From Octopus sinensis (Eukaryota), in contig NC_043019.1 in assembly GCF_006345805.1 (NCBI RefSeq), positions 9,237,360 to 9,301,359 of the forward strand: a stretch of DNA of 64,000 nucleotides. Direction: 5' to 3'. The notes beneath the pieces are model-generated. The model was not told the DNA's origin. It did not search any database and saw only the letters and a list, made by a program, of their open reading frames with translations. Of the stretch, positions 52,069 through 64,000 are shown piece by piece (within the stretch, counting starts at the first letter, position 1; every line of letters starts with the position of its first letter). Position numbers and translations under genes: made by a program.

Positions 52069-52479
52069 TCAATGCATGCACATACACACACTCACATAAT
52101 CTTTATACTTCCACATACACTCGTCCATACACACATATACACAAATGCATGATTCTCACAGAGGGAAACATGTGACTAGGTCACTGTTGCCTCCCATGGC
52201 CCCCACGCCGTCAGTCACTTCTTCTCCCTTCCGGCCAGTTCAACATGCCGGACCGCTTACTCAAGCAGCTTTCCCACTCTCCATTTCCCTCTCTCCATCT
52301 TTTTCCTCTTTTCTTTCCTCCTTCTAAGATTGAAACGACAAAGATCTCAATTCTGTCAGTTCTTAACTAATACACCCTGTTCGCTGCGCTTTACGTTACC
52401 TGTTTTCTAACTTTTATGGTTTTCATATATTTTCATCAAACACACACACACACACACACCACATACAGATATAATATCT

Positions 52480-52526
52480 ACATACACACATACACGCATA
52501 TATAATCTATATATATACATATATAC

Positions 52527-52561
<35 letters not shown>

Positions 52562-52597
52562 CATAATATAATATATACATATAATATATATATATAC

Positions 52598-52661
<64 letters not shown>

Positions 52662-53438
52662 TATAATGTATATATATATTATATATATATGGATATAGAT
52701 AGGTAGATATATATATATATAATATATGTGATATCTATATATATATATAGTCTATAATATGTATATTATATATGTATATATATATGTAATCATAATATGT
52801 ATATATATGTATATATATATATATAGTATATCTGTATATATATAGGTAGATATATATGTAAGAATATGTAATATATATGGTATATATAGATGTATATATA
52901 TATGTATATATAATGTATATATTATATATATATATATATGTATATATATATGTATATATATATATGTATTATATATGTAAATATATATGTATAATATATG
53001 TATATATGTTATATATATATATGGATATATATAGGTATATATATGATTATATATATATGTATATATGTATATATATGTATATATTATATATATATAATAT
53101 GTATAGATATTATGTATACTATATATTATATATATATGTATATATATATATGTATATATATATGTAGATATGTATATATATATATATATATATATACATA
53201 TGTATATATATATATAGTATATATATATATATGTATAATATATAGTATATATATATGTAGATATATGTATATATTATATATGTAGATATAGTGTATATAT
53301 ATATGTATATATGTATATATATATATATGTATATATATAATATATATATTATATGTATATATATGTAATATGTATATATATATATATAATATGTATATAT
53401 ATGTAGATGTATATATATATATATATAGGTATATTATG

Positions 53439-53507
<69 letters not shown>

Positions 53508-53804
53508 GTATATGGATGTATATATATGTATATGTTTATATAGATATGTATATGTATATGTATATATATATTATATATATATTATGTATAAGATATAATA
53601 TATATATGTATATGGTATTATATATATGTATATATATATATATATATATATGTATATAATATATATATATATGTATATATATATATATTATATGTAGATA
53701 TATATATATTATAAGGAGTATATATATAATATATATATATATATATAGATATATATATATATATGTATATATATATATGCTATATATATATATATAATAT
53801 TTAT

Positions 53805-53851
<47 letters not shown>

Positions 53852-54072
53852 TATATATATATAGCTATGTATATGTATATATATAATATATATGTATATG
53901 TATATATAATAAAATAAATAAATAAAAAACATACCATAAATATATATTAGAATAATTATATAACATATATATATACATATATATATATATACATATACAT
54001 ATATATATATATTTATATACATATATATTAGTATATATATATATATATGTAGATATTATATATATGTATATG

Positions 54073-54103
<31 letters not shown>

Positions 54104-54552
54104 TATATATGTATATGTCTATATATATATATATATAGCAGATATATATATATAAGATATATAATATATATATATATATATATATGATACATATATATAG
54201 ATATATATATATATATACATATATAGTATATATATATATAGATATAATATACATATATTATCTATATATAAAGATATAATACATAGTATATATACATATA
54301 TATTCATAGAGATCTAAGATAATATACATAATAGCTATATATAGTATAGATATATATATAATATATATATATACCTATACATATATATATATACTATATA
54401 TATATAGATAGATATATATATACCTATAGAGAGACATATCTATATACATATATATATGATAGATTATATATATATATATATATATATATAGATTATATAT
54501 AGATATATATATATATAAATAGATAGACATAGATAATATATATATAGATATA

Positions 54553-54613
<61 letters not shown>

Positions 54614-54681
54614 CAACATATATATATCTATATATATATATATATATATACAGATTATATATATATATATATATCTTATAC

Positions 54682-54724
<43 letters not shown>

Positions 54725-55090
54725 TATATATATATAATCCATATATAATATATATATAATATATATACATATATATCTAGATATATATATATGATTATAT
54801 CTAATATATATATATATCATATATATATATATATATATATACATATATAGATATATATACATATATATATTATACATATAATATATCTGACATCTATATA
54901 TATAATACATATATATATAGACATTATACCATATATTATATAATATATACATATATATATATATATCCTAATATATATATATATAATATACATATATAGT
55001 ATATATATACATATATATCTTATATATATATATATAGATATATATCTATAGAATACAGACTATATATATTATATATAGATATATATATAC

Positions 55091-55124
<34 letters not shown>

Positions 55125-55476
55125 GATACATATATACATAATATATATAATATATATAATATTCTATATATATATCTCATATATATGATAGAATATAATA
55201 TATATATATATATCCATATATATATATACCATATATATATCTATTACTATATAATAGTAGATATATATATATATATATATATAACATATATATATATATA
55301 CATAATATATATATATATATATATATATACATAAATATCTTATATATATATATATACATATATATCGAGATAGATAGATATATAATATATATATATATAT
55401 ATAATAACATATATATATATACATATATATTATATACATATATATATATATATACATAGATATATATATACATATA

Positions 55477-55530
<54 letters not shown>

Positions 55531-55569
55531 CATAATATATATATATACATATTATATATATACATATAC

Positions 55570-55622
<53 letters not shown>

Positions 55623-55800
55623 TATATCTATATACTATATATATATATAACATATATATATATATACATAAATCATATATATATATAATATATATTATTA
55701 TATATCATATATCATATATATAATACATATATATATTAATACTATATATATATATATTATATATATATTATATACATATATATATATATATACAAATGCA
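52480..55800. repeat. ~3.3 kb near-pure TA low-complexity tract
   Basis: Direct inspection; irregular register suggests noisy consensus. Confidence 0.95.
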
Positions 55801-55829
55801 CATACATACCACACACACCACACCATATA

Positions 55830-56125
55830 TCTTTATATAAAAGTGAAGTTGTGTGTCTGTCTCCTACGATTTAGATTCCTAACTACTCCCATATTTTGCG
55901 GTGCAGTTTAACCAATAGCGAGTATCTTATAGTCGTGATTCATATCGAACCCTTCTGGGTATTAGCACACGTCTACGATGAGTCTACGATTTAAAAAAAA
56001 AATTACTATCATTTTTTCCCATTTTTAATGGATTTTTTGCTATTATATAAGGGAAGTAACTCTCTAAAAATGCTTATATAGTTATTTCGCTTACAAACCC
56101 GAGCAACGCCGGGCGATACTGCTAG
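55830..56125 (+). mobile_element. Non-autonomous Helitron, 296 bp, intact termini
   Basis: A|TCTTTATATAAAAG... 5' end; subterminal hairpin cccg-agcaacgc-cggg (56098-56113); 3' CTAG|T; insertion between A and T. Confidence 0.9.
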
Positions 56126-56418
56126 TATATATATAAATATATACATACACACATACACATATATATACACACATAAAACATATGGACAAATGCATAAACA
56201 TTACACACGCTACAAATCTCCCAGTAAACTTAGAGCAGACTATTTAATTAATAGCACTTTTAAAAAGGTATTTACTTTGTTGTCCCCAGGGGAATAAATT
56301 TTCAAACTCAATAGGAGTGAGATTTGAACCCAGAATATTATAACAAGTAATTAAATACCACTGCTGGAATTTCCATTCTGCCCATCTTCCGCTTCGCTTT
56401 TCCAATGCAAAATTATAA

Positions 56419-56504
<86 letters not shown>

Positions 56505-56682
56505 TCATTGTGCTCGATTGTGAGTTCTTAGACTCGTTCTTCTGAGTTCTCCTTCATTTTTGTAAAGTGTTTGTGGATTCAAGGTTTGTAGGGATCACTT
56601 AGATTGGCATTTGTTTGCTTCCTTCATAGGAAATCTAATAACGCTTAAATATTGGTACCTAGTTTTGGGAGGGTCTATGTAT

Positions 56683-56732
<50 letters not shown>

Positions 56733-56968
56733 ACATATAGATAGATATACATACATGGATGTACACATGCATCTCCGGATTCCTTAATTTCTTGTACAAA
56801 GGAAAGAAATGGGTCGTATTTATGAAGTAATTGTTGTTGTTATTGTTTTTATTCTGTAATTTAAGAAAGAAATAAAATCAAAGCCGAGACCATCTTCATT
56901 CTTCGAATGGTTGATAAAGGATGTCATTTCCCCCTAATTACTCCGGGGAATAAAACCTTTCTACTTAC

Positions 56969-57030
56969 AGGCTGAACTCTAAAAGGAAAATCGGGAGTAA
57001 GATTTCTGCTGCAATAATAAGGTCTGTAAT
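56969..57030 (-). other. Candidate internal exon (62 bp)
   Basis: gtttctttcaaatattag|ATTACAGAC...TTCAGCCT|gtaagt; two frames open (ITDLIIAAEILLPIFLLEFS or YRPYYCSRNLTPDFPFRVQP). Confidence 0.25.
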
Positions 57031-57159
57031 CTAATATTTGAAAGAAACGCACACACACACACACACACACAACACACACACACACATACACATACATACA
57101 CACACACACATTCACACATGGGTAGATAGATGATAGATAGAGAGAGAGATAGAGAGAAG

Positions 57160-57202
<43 letters not shown>

Positions 57203-57364
57203 ATAGATAAATAGATAAATAGATAGAGAGGTAGATAGAGAAAGAGAGAGGTAAAGAGGGAGAGAGGGGTAAAGAGAGAGAGGGGTTAGATAGGTAAAGA
57301 GAGAGGGAAAAAACGGATGCATGGAGGGATAGGGAGAAAGGTAGGTCGAAGCTTTCGAATTTAC

Positions 57365-57451
57365 AGTCGCCATGTATTTCTGTCTAATAAACCAACTTGA
57401 TTCCCGTTCACTGGGTCCCGTATATTTGGTCTTCATAAAGTTATGGTTTCG
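57365..57451 (-). other. Candidate exon (87 bp, phase 0)
   Basis: ttctttctgtcaacag|CGAAAC...ATGGCGACT|gtaaat; open frame RNHNFMKTKYTGPSERESSWFIRQKYMAT. Confidence 0.22.
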
Positions 57452-57802
57452 CTGTTGACAGAAAGAACCCGAAGAGAGAAGTTAATAAAGAATCTTTATT
57501 AAAGAATCAACTGCAGCAAAGTTGAGTCGTTAATAAAGAATGTTTGGAAAACAATCGGATTTCTAGGCTGTGTGTGTGTGTTGTGTGTGCATGTAAAGGT
57601 ACGTGTTTGTTTGTGAGCATATCTGTGTGTGTGTGTGTGTGTGCATACAGATATACACACACACTTTTACACCTATATTCACCATCAAGCATTTTTCTTC
57701 CGAAAAACATACACATGCATGACTAAGCGCCCATTCACACATGAATGCATGTAAACATACATATACACACACAAATACATATATGAATATATATACTTAT
57801 AC

Positions 57803-57839
<37 letters not shown>

Positions 57840-59964
57840 AACAGGTGCATATGTATGTAATGAAACGTTAAGAGGCAGATATATGTATAAAGGTATTTTG
57901 ATGTGTCTGTGTAAAAAAAGGCACCTTACATCATAGAGTATAGTAAATAATTATGTAATAATGTGTGTATGTGTGTGTGCTAGTGAGTGTGTGTGTGCGT
58001 GCGTTTATGTTATTATGTTATGCAAGTGTAATTCGATGTATGTGCAACTGAGTGTGTGTGAGAATGTCTATCGTTCAACATGTCTACTTCAATATCTCCT
58101 TTCCCGATTCTCTCTCTCCCTCTCTTTCTCTCTCTCTAACCCAAGCACTGTTTCTCTGTCTATCTCTTTATCTTTCTCCCCGACTCCCACCCCTCTTCCT
58201 CTCCTTCTGCTTTCTTTGTCCGCTCAAACACAATCCTTTGATATTAAACAAACTCTCAGAATGGACGCATTCTCTCTCCCCACCTTTCCCCACGGCAAAA
58301 GAACCGTAATTTTATTCCATCATAATTCTTTCAACGGTTCTTTGATAGGAGAATCTCTGTGATTCTTTCAATATCTGCTTTATTAAAGAATATTGCAATA
58401 CCAACGGAAGAACTTCAAGAACTTCGCGAATCAGTGTTTGTGGCTATTATGTAATATAATGTGGCAAAACATCTGAAAGATCCTCCGCCATTTCGCCACA
58501 CGTTATTACATGATCATACTTGTTATTGTTGTTGATGTTGTTGTTTCACGGATTCTGAATTATTGCTCTTGTTGTTGCGGTTGTTGTGTGTGTTGTTGTT
58601 GTTGTTGCTAGGGCTATAGATTGGCAAATTCGTTAAAGCCTTTAAATATTTATTCCAGCTATTCGCGTTCTCTATTAAGTGCCGGCAAGGAAGCATAGAC
58701 TTTCATTCCTCCTGGGGTAAATAACTTATAATTCTAAGGGCCACAGAATTCACTAAATCCAGCTCCTTTGCGGGATTTCTTTTTGCCCTATACTTTCTGA
58801 GTTCATCTTCCGCCGCGGTCGATTTTTCTTTCATCCTTTCGGGGTCCATGAAATAAGTACCAGTCAAGGACTGGGTCAATGTAATCGACTTTTACTCTCC
58901 CTTCCAAATAATAATAATAATTATTATTATTATTATTACTATTGTTATCGAGTGAGAGAGCAGTGCATACTATAAAACTGACACTAGGATACAAGAAAAT
59001 GAAACCCAATGTACCCATCATGACTACCCGTCTGATAAGGGTACACCAATCACATGCATCACAACCATATGTGCGCGATATGGTGTTCTCCTATCAAGAA
59101 AAACAGCGCATGACCTTGCAGTTAGAATTTTCTTCAGGTCGTGTAGCCCATCCCACTCAAACAGTCCTTGAATAAGGGTTGTTTAAGGATATTGAACGAA
59201 ACGCCAATGTTTCAAAAGGTGAAGTATCAATGGATATATAATATATACGGGTGGTGGATGGTATGGGTGGGCGGGTGTTTGTGTGTTCATGTATTACGGT
59301 GTCTGTGTTTGTCCCTAACGGTGTTGGTGAGTTTACGTCCCATAGAATAAGTATCAGCTTTACATGAAGTAAGTACTGGGGTCGATTCGTTCTGGTAAAA
59401 GTCTTCAGGATGGTACTGCTGCTGCATGGCCGTCGTTTAATGACTGAAACAAGTAATATATATATATATATATCATATGTATGTATGTATACGCATGCAC
59501 ACATACACGGACATGCTTTAAAAGTCAGTACCTCTGCCGATTTCTGTGTGGGCCTGCGTATACCGTTTATTTCTGCATGCACATATTGATATAAATATCT
59601 CTACCCACCCTCACCAACCCCTTTAGAAATATCCATTCATCATGATGCATGACCAGTATATGTTCATTGCCATTTCCATCTAATCTTTTCCTCTGAAATT
59701 CTTCACGCATCGGCGAACATTTCTTTTTATTTATTTTGTGTGTGTGTGTGTGTGTGTGTTTAGACCCTTTTACCATTGTCCTCTTCTTGTCCAGACAAAT
59801 GATTATAGTCTGTAAGTAGTACTTCGTTTCATGTAAGACATATACATATATAGATAGATAGTCTGTCTATATATGTAGATAGATAGATAGATAGATAGAT
59901 AGATCGATAAGTATTGAATAAAAGTACATATTCAAAAGAGCAAAACGTAAATTAACAACATATT

Positions 59965-60012
<48 letters not shown>

Positions 60013-60592
60013 CTCACACACACAAACGCACATTTCTATTTCTAAGAAAGTGAGAGATTGGTGAGTATAGGAGGTTGTACCAGTGAAATTAAAACTAGTT
60101 TAAAATGCCTCAGAAAGAAAAAAAGAGACAGGGCATAAAATGAGGAGGAAGTGGATTATTTTAGTGTATTTTTCTAACCGTTTCATTTCCTCTTCATTTT
60201 TCTGCGTTGTTCTGTTTTGTTTTACTTCTTTCTCTCCGTTTATCTCGTTCTTGCCTGAATCAGCCATGTTGGGTGGTCGTCTGCTTTTCTCTGGAATTAT
60301 ATGGACAGACGATTTGAGGAACTTTCGCGAGCGAAGGAAAAAAAGCCGCCGCCTGCTTAGGAATTCTTCTTTAAAACACAATGAGGAAAAAAAACTTAAT
60401 TAGTGGAGAAGATGGTGAGTTATGGGTGGGGGTTTAGTTTAAAATAAATAGAATTCAGGAGAATGGAGAAAAAGGAAAGAGTTTTGTTCACCCATTTTCT
60501 CACTATTCTTGTTGTTGCTGTATTTAATTATTATTATTATTGTTGTTGTTATAATAATAATAATAATAATTATTATTATTATTATTATTAAA

Positions 60593-61010
60593 GGCGGCGA
60601 GCTGGCAGAATTGTTAGCACACCGGGCAAAATGCTTAGCAGCATTTCGTCTGTCGCTACGTTCTAAGTTCATACTCCACCGAGATCGACTTTGCCTTTCA
60701 CCTTTCAGGATCGATAAAATAATTACCTGTCGAGCACTTTGACCGATGAAATCGAGGTATCCCCTCCCACAATTGCTGGTCTTGTGCTTATAGTAGAAAG
60801 GATTATTATTATTATTAGTAGTAGTAGTAGTAGTAGTAAGGCGGCGAGCTGGCAGAACCGTTTGCACGGTGGGCGAAATGCTTAGCGGTATTTCGCCTGT
60901 CGCTCCGATCTGAGTTCAAATTCCGCCGAGGCCGATTTTACCTTTCATCCTTTCGGGGTTGATAAAATAAGTACCAGTTGAATCGACGCATCTCCTCCCC
61001 CAATATTGCT
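60593..61010 (+). mobile_element. Two tandem SINE family B copies (60593-60790 and 60841-61010)
   Basis: Both begin ggcggcgagctggcagaa and are separated by (ATT)/(AGT) microsatellite. Confidence 0.88.
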
Positions 61011-61053
61011 GCTCTTGTGGAAAAATTTGAAACTGTTATTATTATTATTAATA

Positions 61054-61087
<34 letters not shown>

Positions 61088-62149
61088 GACCCTCATCCTT
61101 CGCCCTCAAGTTTCTAGGTTTTGTGCCGAAGTCAGAAACTATTTGTAGAAATAGAAAGAGTAGTAGTAGTAGCAGCAACACGGGGGTTTAGTTTTCTGAG
61201 TCGTCAATGCGAAGGTTCTTCATACCATAAAGTGCTTCACGTTGAAGGCCTCATACATACCCCCCCTCCACACACACACAAAGAAACGTCGCAGTTTGCG
61301 TGAGTTGGAATTTTAGAAATGAAGGAAATCTCGAAGACTGCTTTATAGACATAACAATTGTGCATATGCGTCTTCATATTCGTGTGTGTGAGTGTGTGAA
61401 CATATGTACACGTATGTGTTTTAAATATATATATATATACAGATACCTTCTATGCATTTATACATACATTCATACGTAAATACATACATACAAGGAGTCG
61501 ACAAGCAGGAAATTACATCGAAAAATAAGAATAAGCTTGAAACGCAAAAAAGGCTAAAACAAGCAGCGTCGACGCTGACAACAGGTTTATTATAGCAAGA
61601 CAACAACGAGAAATAGCAGCTAAATCTGCCTCAAATCGTACTCTGCAGTCTTACGTGTGTATATGAATATGTTAGGCAACGAGAGAGACATTCATGTAGT
61701 AATTAGAACTGATAGAAACAGCAGTCAAACCTCCCTCGAATCTTCCCTTACTATCTTAGCAAAGAACACGTTGCGTTATGTGGTCCTGGATCCCCCTCAC
61801 ATAGGAGGAAAGATGGGATGGTCACGGCTGATGTATCATTGACCACAGGGCTGACCTGGGGTTAGACAAGTCACAACATCAATGCATTTTATACGTGAAA
61901 GCTCTCTGTTAAAAATAGCAGCTTGATTTCTTTTACTTGTTGCTAGACCAGAAAAAATAGCAACGAAGTCTGCCTCAAATTCCAACAAACTTTTCCAATA
62001 AAACATTAGTGTGGATGGTCACAACTGGAACGCTTGTTTTGCATCGGGATATTGCATCAGGATTGAACAAGAGCTGAACATTAATACAAAAAGAAGGAAG
62101 ACACAGATGACCATCATCAGCAACAGATCCAATCATAGAAGACTAAAAG

Positions 62150-62540
62150 CGCCACAGGAGTAGCCGTGTGGTAAAGAGGTTTGCTTTGCAATCGCTTTGG
62201 TTGGGACTTCGGGCTTCTACTATAGGCCTGGGGGCGACCAAAGCCTTATGAGTGGATTTGAGAGGGGGAAACTGAAAGAAGCCCGCCGTATGTATATATT
62301 TATGTGCGTGTTTACTCGCGCGCATGTGTGCATTTTTTTGTCTGTGTTTTCCCCCTCCCATTCCTGCTGGTAAATCGGTGTTGTTTTGTTTACATCCCTA
62401 TAAACAAGCGCTTCGGTAAAAGAAACGGATAGAGTAAATAACAGGCTTTTAAAAAAATAAGTACTGGGGTGGATTTGTTCGACTAATAATCATCATGGCG
62501 GTTGCCCCAGCATGGCCGCATTCTAATGATTGAAACATGT
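62150..62540 (+). mobile_element. SINE family A
   Basis: gcgccacaggagtagccgtgtggtaaag...gaccaaagccttatgagtggatttg...ccccagcatggccgca. Confidence 0.8.
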
Positions 62541-62997
62541 AACAGGCAAGTAAAACGGCAAGCACCACCCCCCAGATCCACACCAACACTATACTACTAA
62601 CAACTGCAGTGCTTCACTAATCCGATTATCCGATAATCCCACAATCACCTCTGGTCTACACCCAACACTATACCACAACCAATACTGTATCACGAACAAC
62701 AGCAAATCTCGTCGTAACACCACTACCTCTACCTCTACCACAGCATCAAATGTGACAACCATCGCCATCTTTCCCCGCCGTCATCGACACAGCCACCGAA
62801 GCTACAACCTGCACCACCAATATCACCATTACCACTGTCGCCGGCGCTAATACAACCATCAGCACAAGCACCACCACAACCACCACTACCACTAATACTA
62901 TTGTCAATACTGTCCTTGACCCCCACCAACTGAAAGAATAGAGAAATGGTGTTTCAAAAAACAACTGGGATGACAATAACACACAGCAAGGACAATG

Positions 62998-63036
<39 letters not shown>

Positions 63037-63192
63037 GCACACACACACACACACACGCACCTCGAACATGCGTTGGCAATCTGTTTTAAGTCTCCAGTAT
63101 TTGTACATTGCAAATTTTTTGCAAATTGTCACAAGATAGATGCAAACATACACAGACACACACATACATATGTGAGTGAAAATTGTATTACG

Positions 63193-63223
<31 letters not shown>

Positions 63224-63275
63224 AAGAGAGAGAGAGAGAGAGAGAGAGGGGGGGATAGATAGATAGATAGATATG

Positions 63276-63645
63276 CAGGCGTGGCTGTGTGGTAAGAAGC
63301 CTGCTTCCCAACCACATGATTCTGGGTTCAATTCCACTACGTGACAACTTGGGCAAGTGTCTTCTACTATGACCTCCGGCAAACCAAAGCGTTGTGAGCG
63401 GATTTGGTAGACGGAAGCTGGTAGGAGCCCATCGTGTATGTTTATGTGTATGTGTGTGTATCTGTTTTGTTCCACCCACCTACCCACTATCATTTGACAA
63501 CCGATTTTGGTGAGTTTACGTCCCCGTTACTTAGCGGTTCGACAAAAGAGACCGATAGAATAAGTCCTGTTTAGTCGATTCGTTCGATAAACGCAGCGCT
63601 CCAGCATGGCCTGCAGCTAAATGGCTGAAACAAGTGAAAGAATAC
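63276..63645 (+). mobile_element. SINE family A
   Basis: gcaggcgtggctgtgtggtaagaagc...ttgggcaagtgtcttctactat...gctccagcatggcc..cagctaaatggctgaaacaagtgaaag. Confidence 0.85.
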
Positions 63646-63675
63646 AAGAATAAAATAATCTATGCAGAATTGGAG

Positions 63676-64000
63676 ATTAGTATGTGCTACCAATCCATTA
63701 GTATGTGCTACCAATCCATTAGTATGTGCTACCAATCCATTAGTATGTGCTACCAATCCATTAGTATGTGCTACCAATCCATTAGTATGTGCTACCAATC
63801 CATTAGTATGTGCTACCAATCCATTAGTATGTGCTACCAATCCATTAGTATGTGCTACCAATCCATTAGTATGTGCTACCAATCCATTAGTATGTGCTAC
63901 CAATCCATTAGTATGTGCTACCAATCCATTAGTATGTGCTACCAATCCATTAGTATGTGCTACCAATCCATTAGTATGTGCTACCAATCCATTAGTATGT
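63676..64000. repeat. 21-bp perfect tandem array (attagtatgtgctaccaatcc), at least 15.5 copies, runs off the window
   Basis: All visible copies identical. Confidence 0.99.

Noticed and set aside
47994-55619. Many Y/I/C/M-rich ORFs (also 2.2-3.4 kb, 19.8-21.4 kb, 23.7-24.1 kb)
   Set aside because: TA/CA/TG microsatellites lack stop codons; no protein-like complexity.
63571-63987. (VAHTNGL)n ORF
   Set aside because: Product of the 21-bp array running into a SINE tail.

Overview
Eukaryotic, repeat-saturated, largely non-coding DNA. The SINE families and extreme microsatellite density point to an octopod cephalopod (Octopus-like); this is an inference from recalled repeat families, not a database result. 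No complete host gene is recognisable, and most ORF-track entries are translations of microsatellites. Contents: at least four tRNA-derived SINE families (about 25 copies or fragments, labelled A-D here); decayed non-LTR retrotransposons (a ~1.85 kb HERO-type RT+RLE element, three RTE-clade fragments, four RLE C-terminal fragments); an intact 296-bp non-autonomous Helitron plus Helitron debris; a TA-flanked pogo/Tigger-like MITE; a Tc1 relic; several minisatellites; an ~805-bp (GAT)n tract; and ~6 kb of near-pure TA low-complexity sequence. Most interesting signal: minimal type-I hammerhead ribozyme motifs with palindromic stem III, from several apparently unrelated sequence families. Twice they occur as divergent inverted pairs inside microsatellite-flanked fold-back elements (762-1311, 49954-50296), and the second pair carries a U3:A8 compensatory core. 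Also noted: a 197-bp loopless palindrome, two unidentified stop-poor coding relics, a perfect RFX X-box, and weak candidate minus-strand exons. Scattered 1-bp indels suggest residual long-read error, so single-base details need read-level checking.
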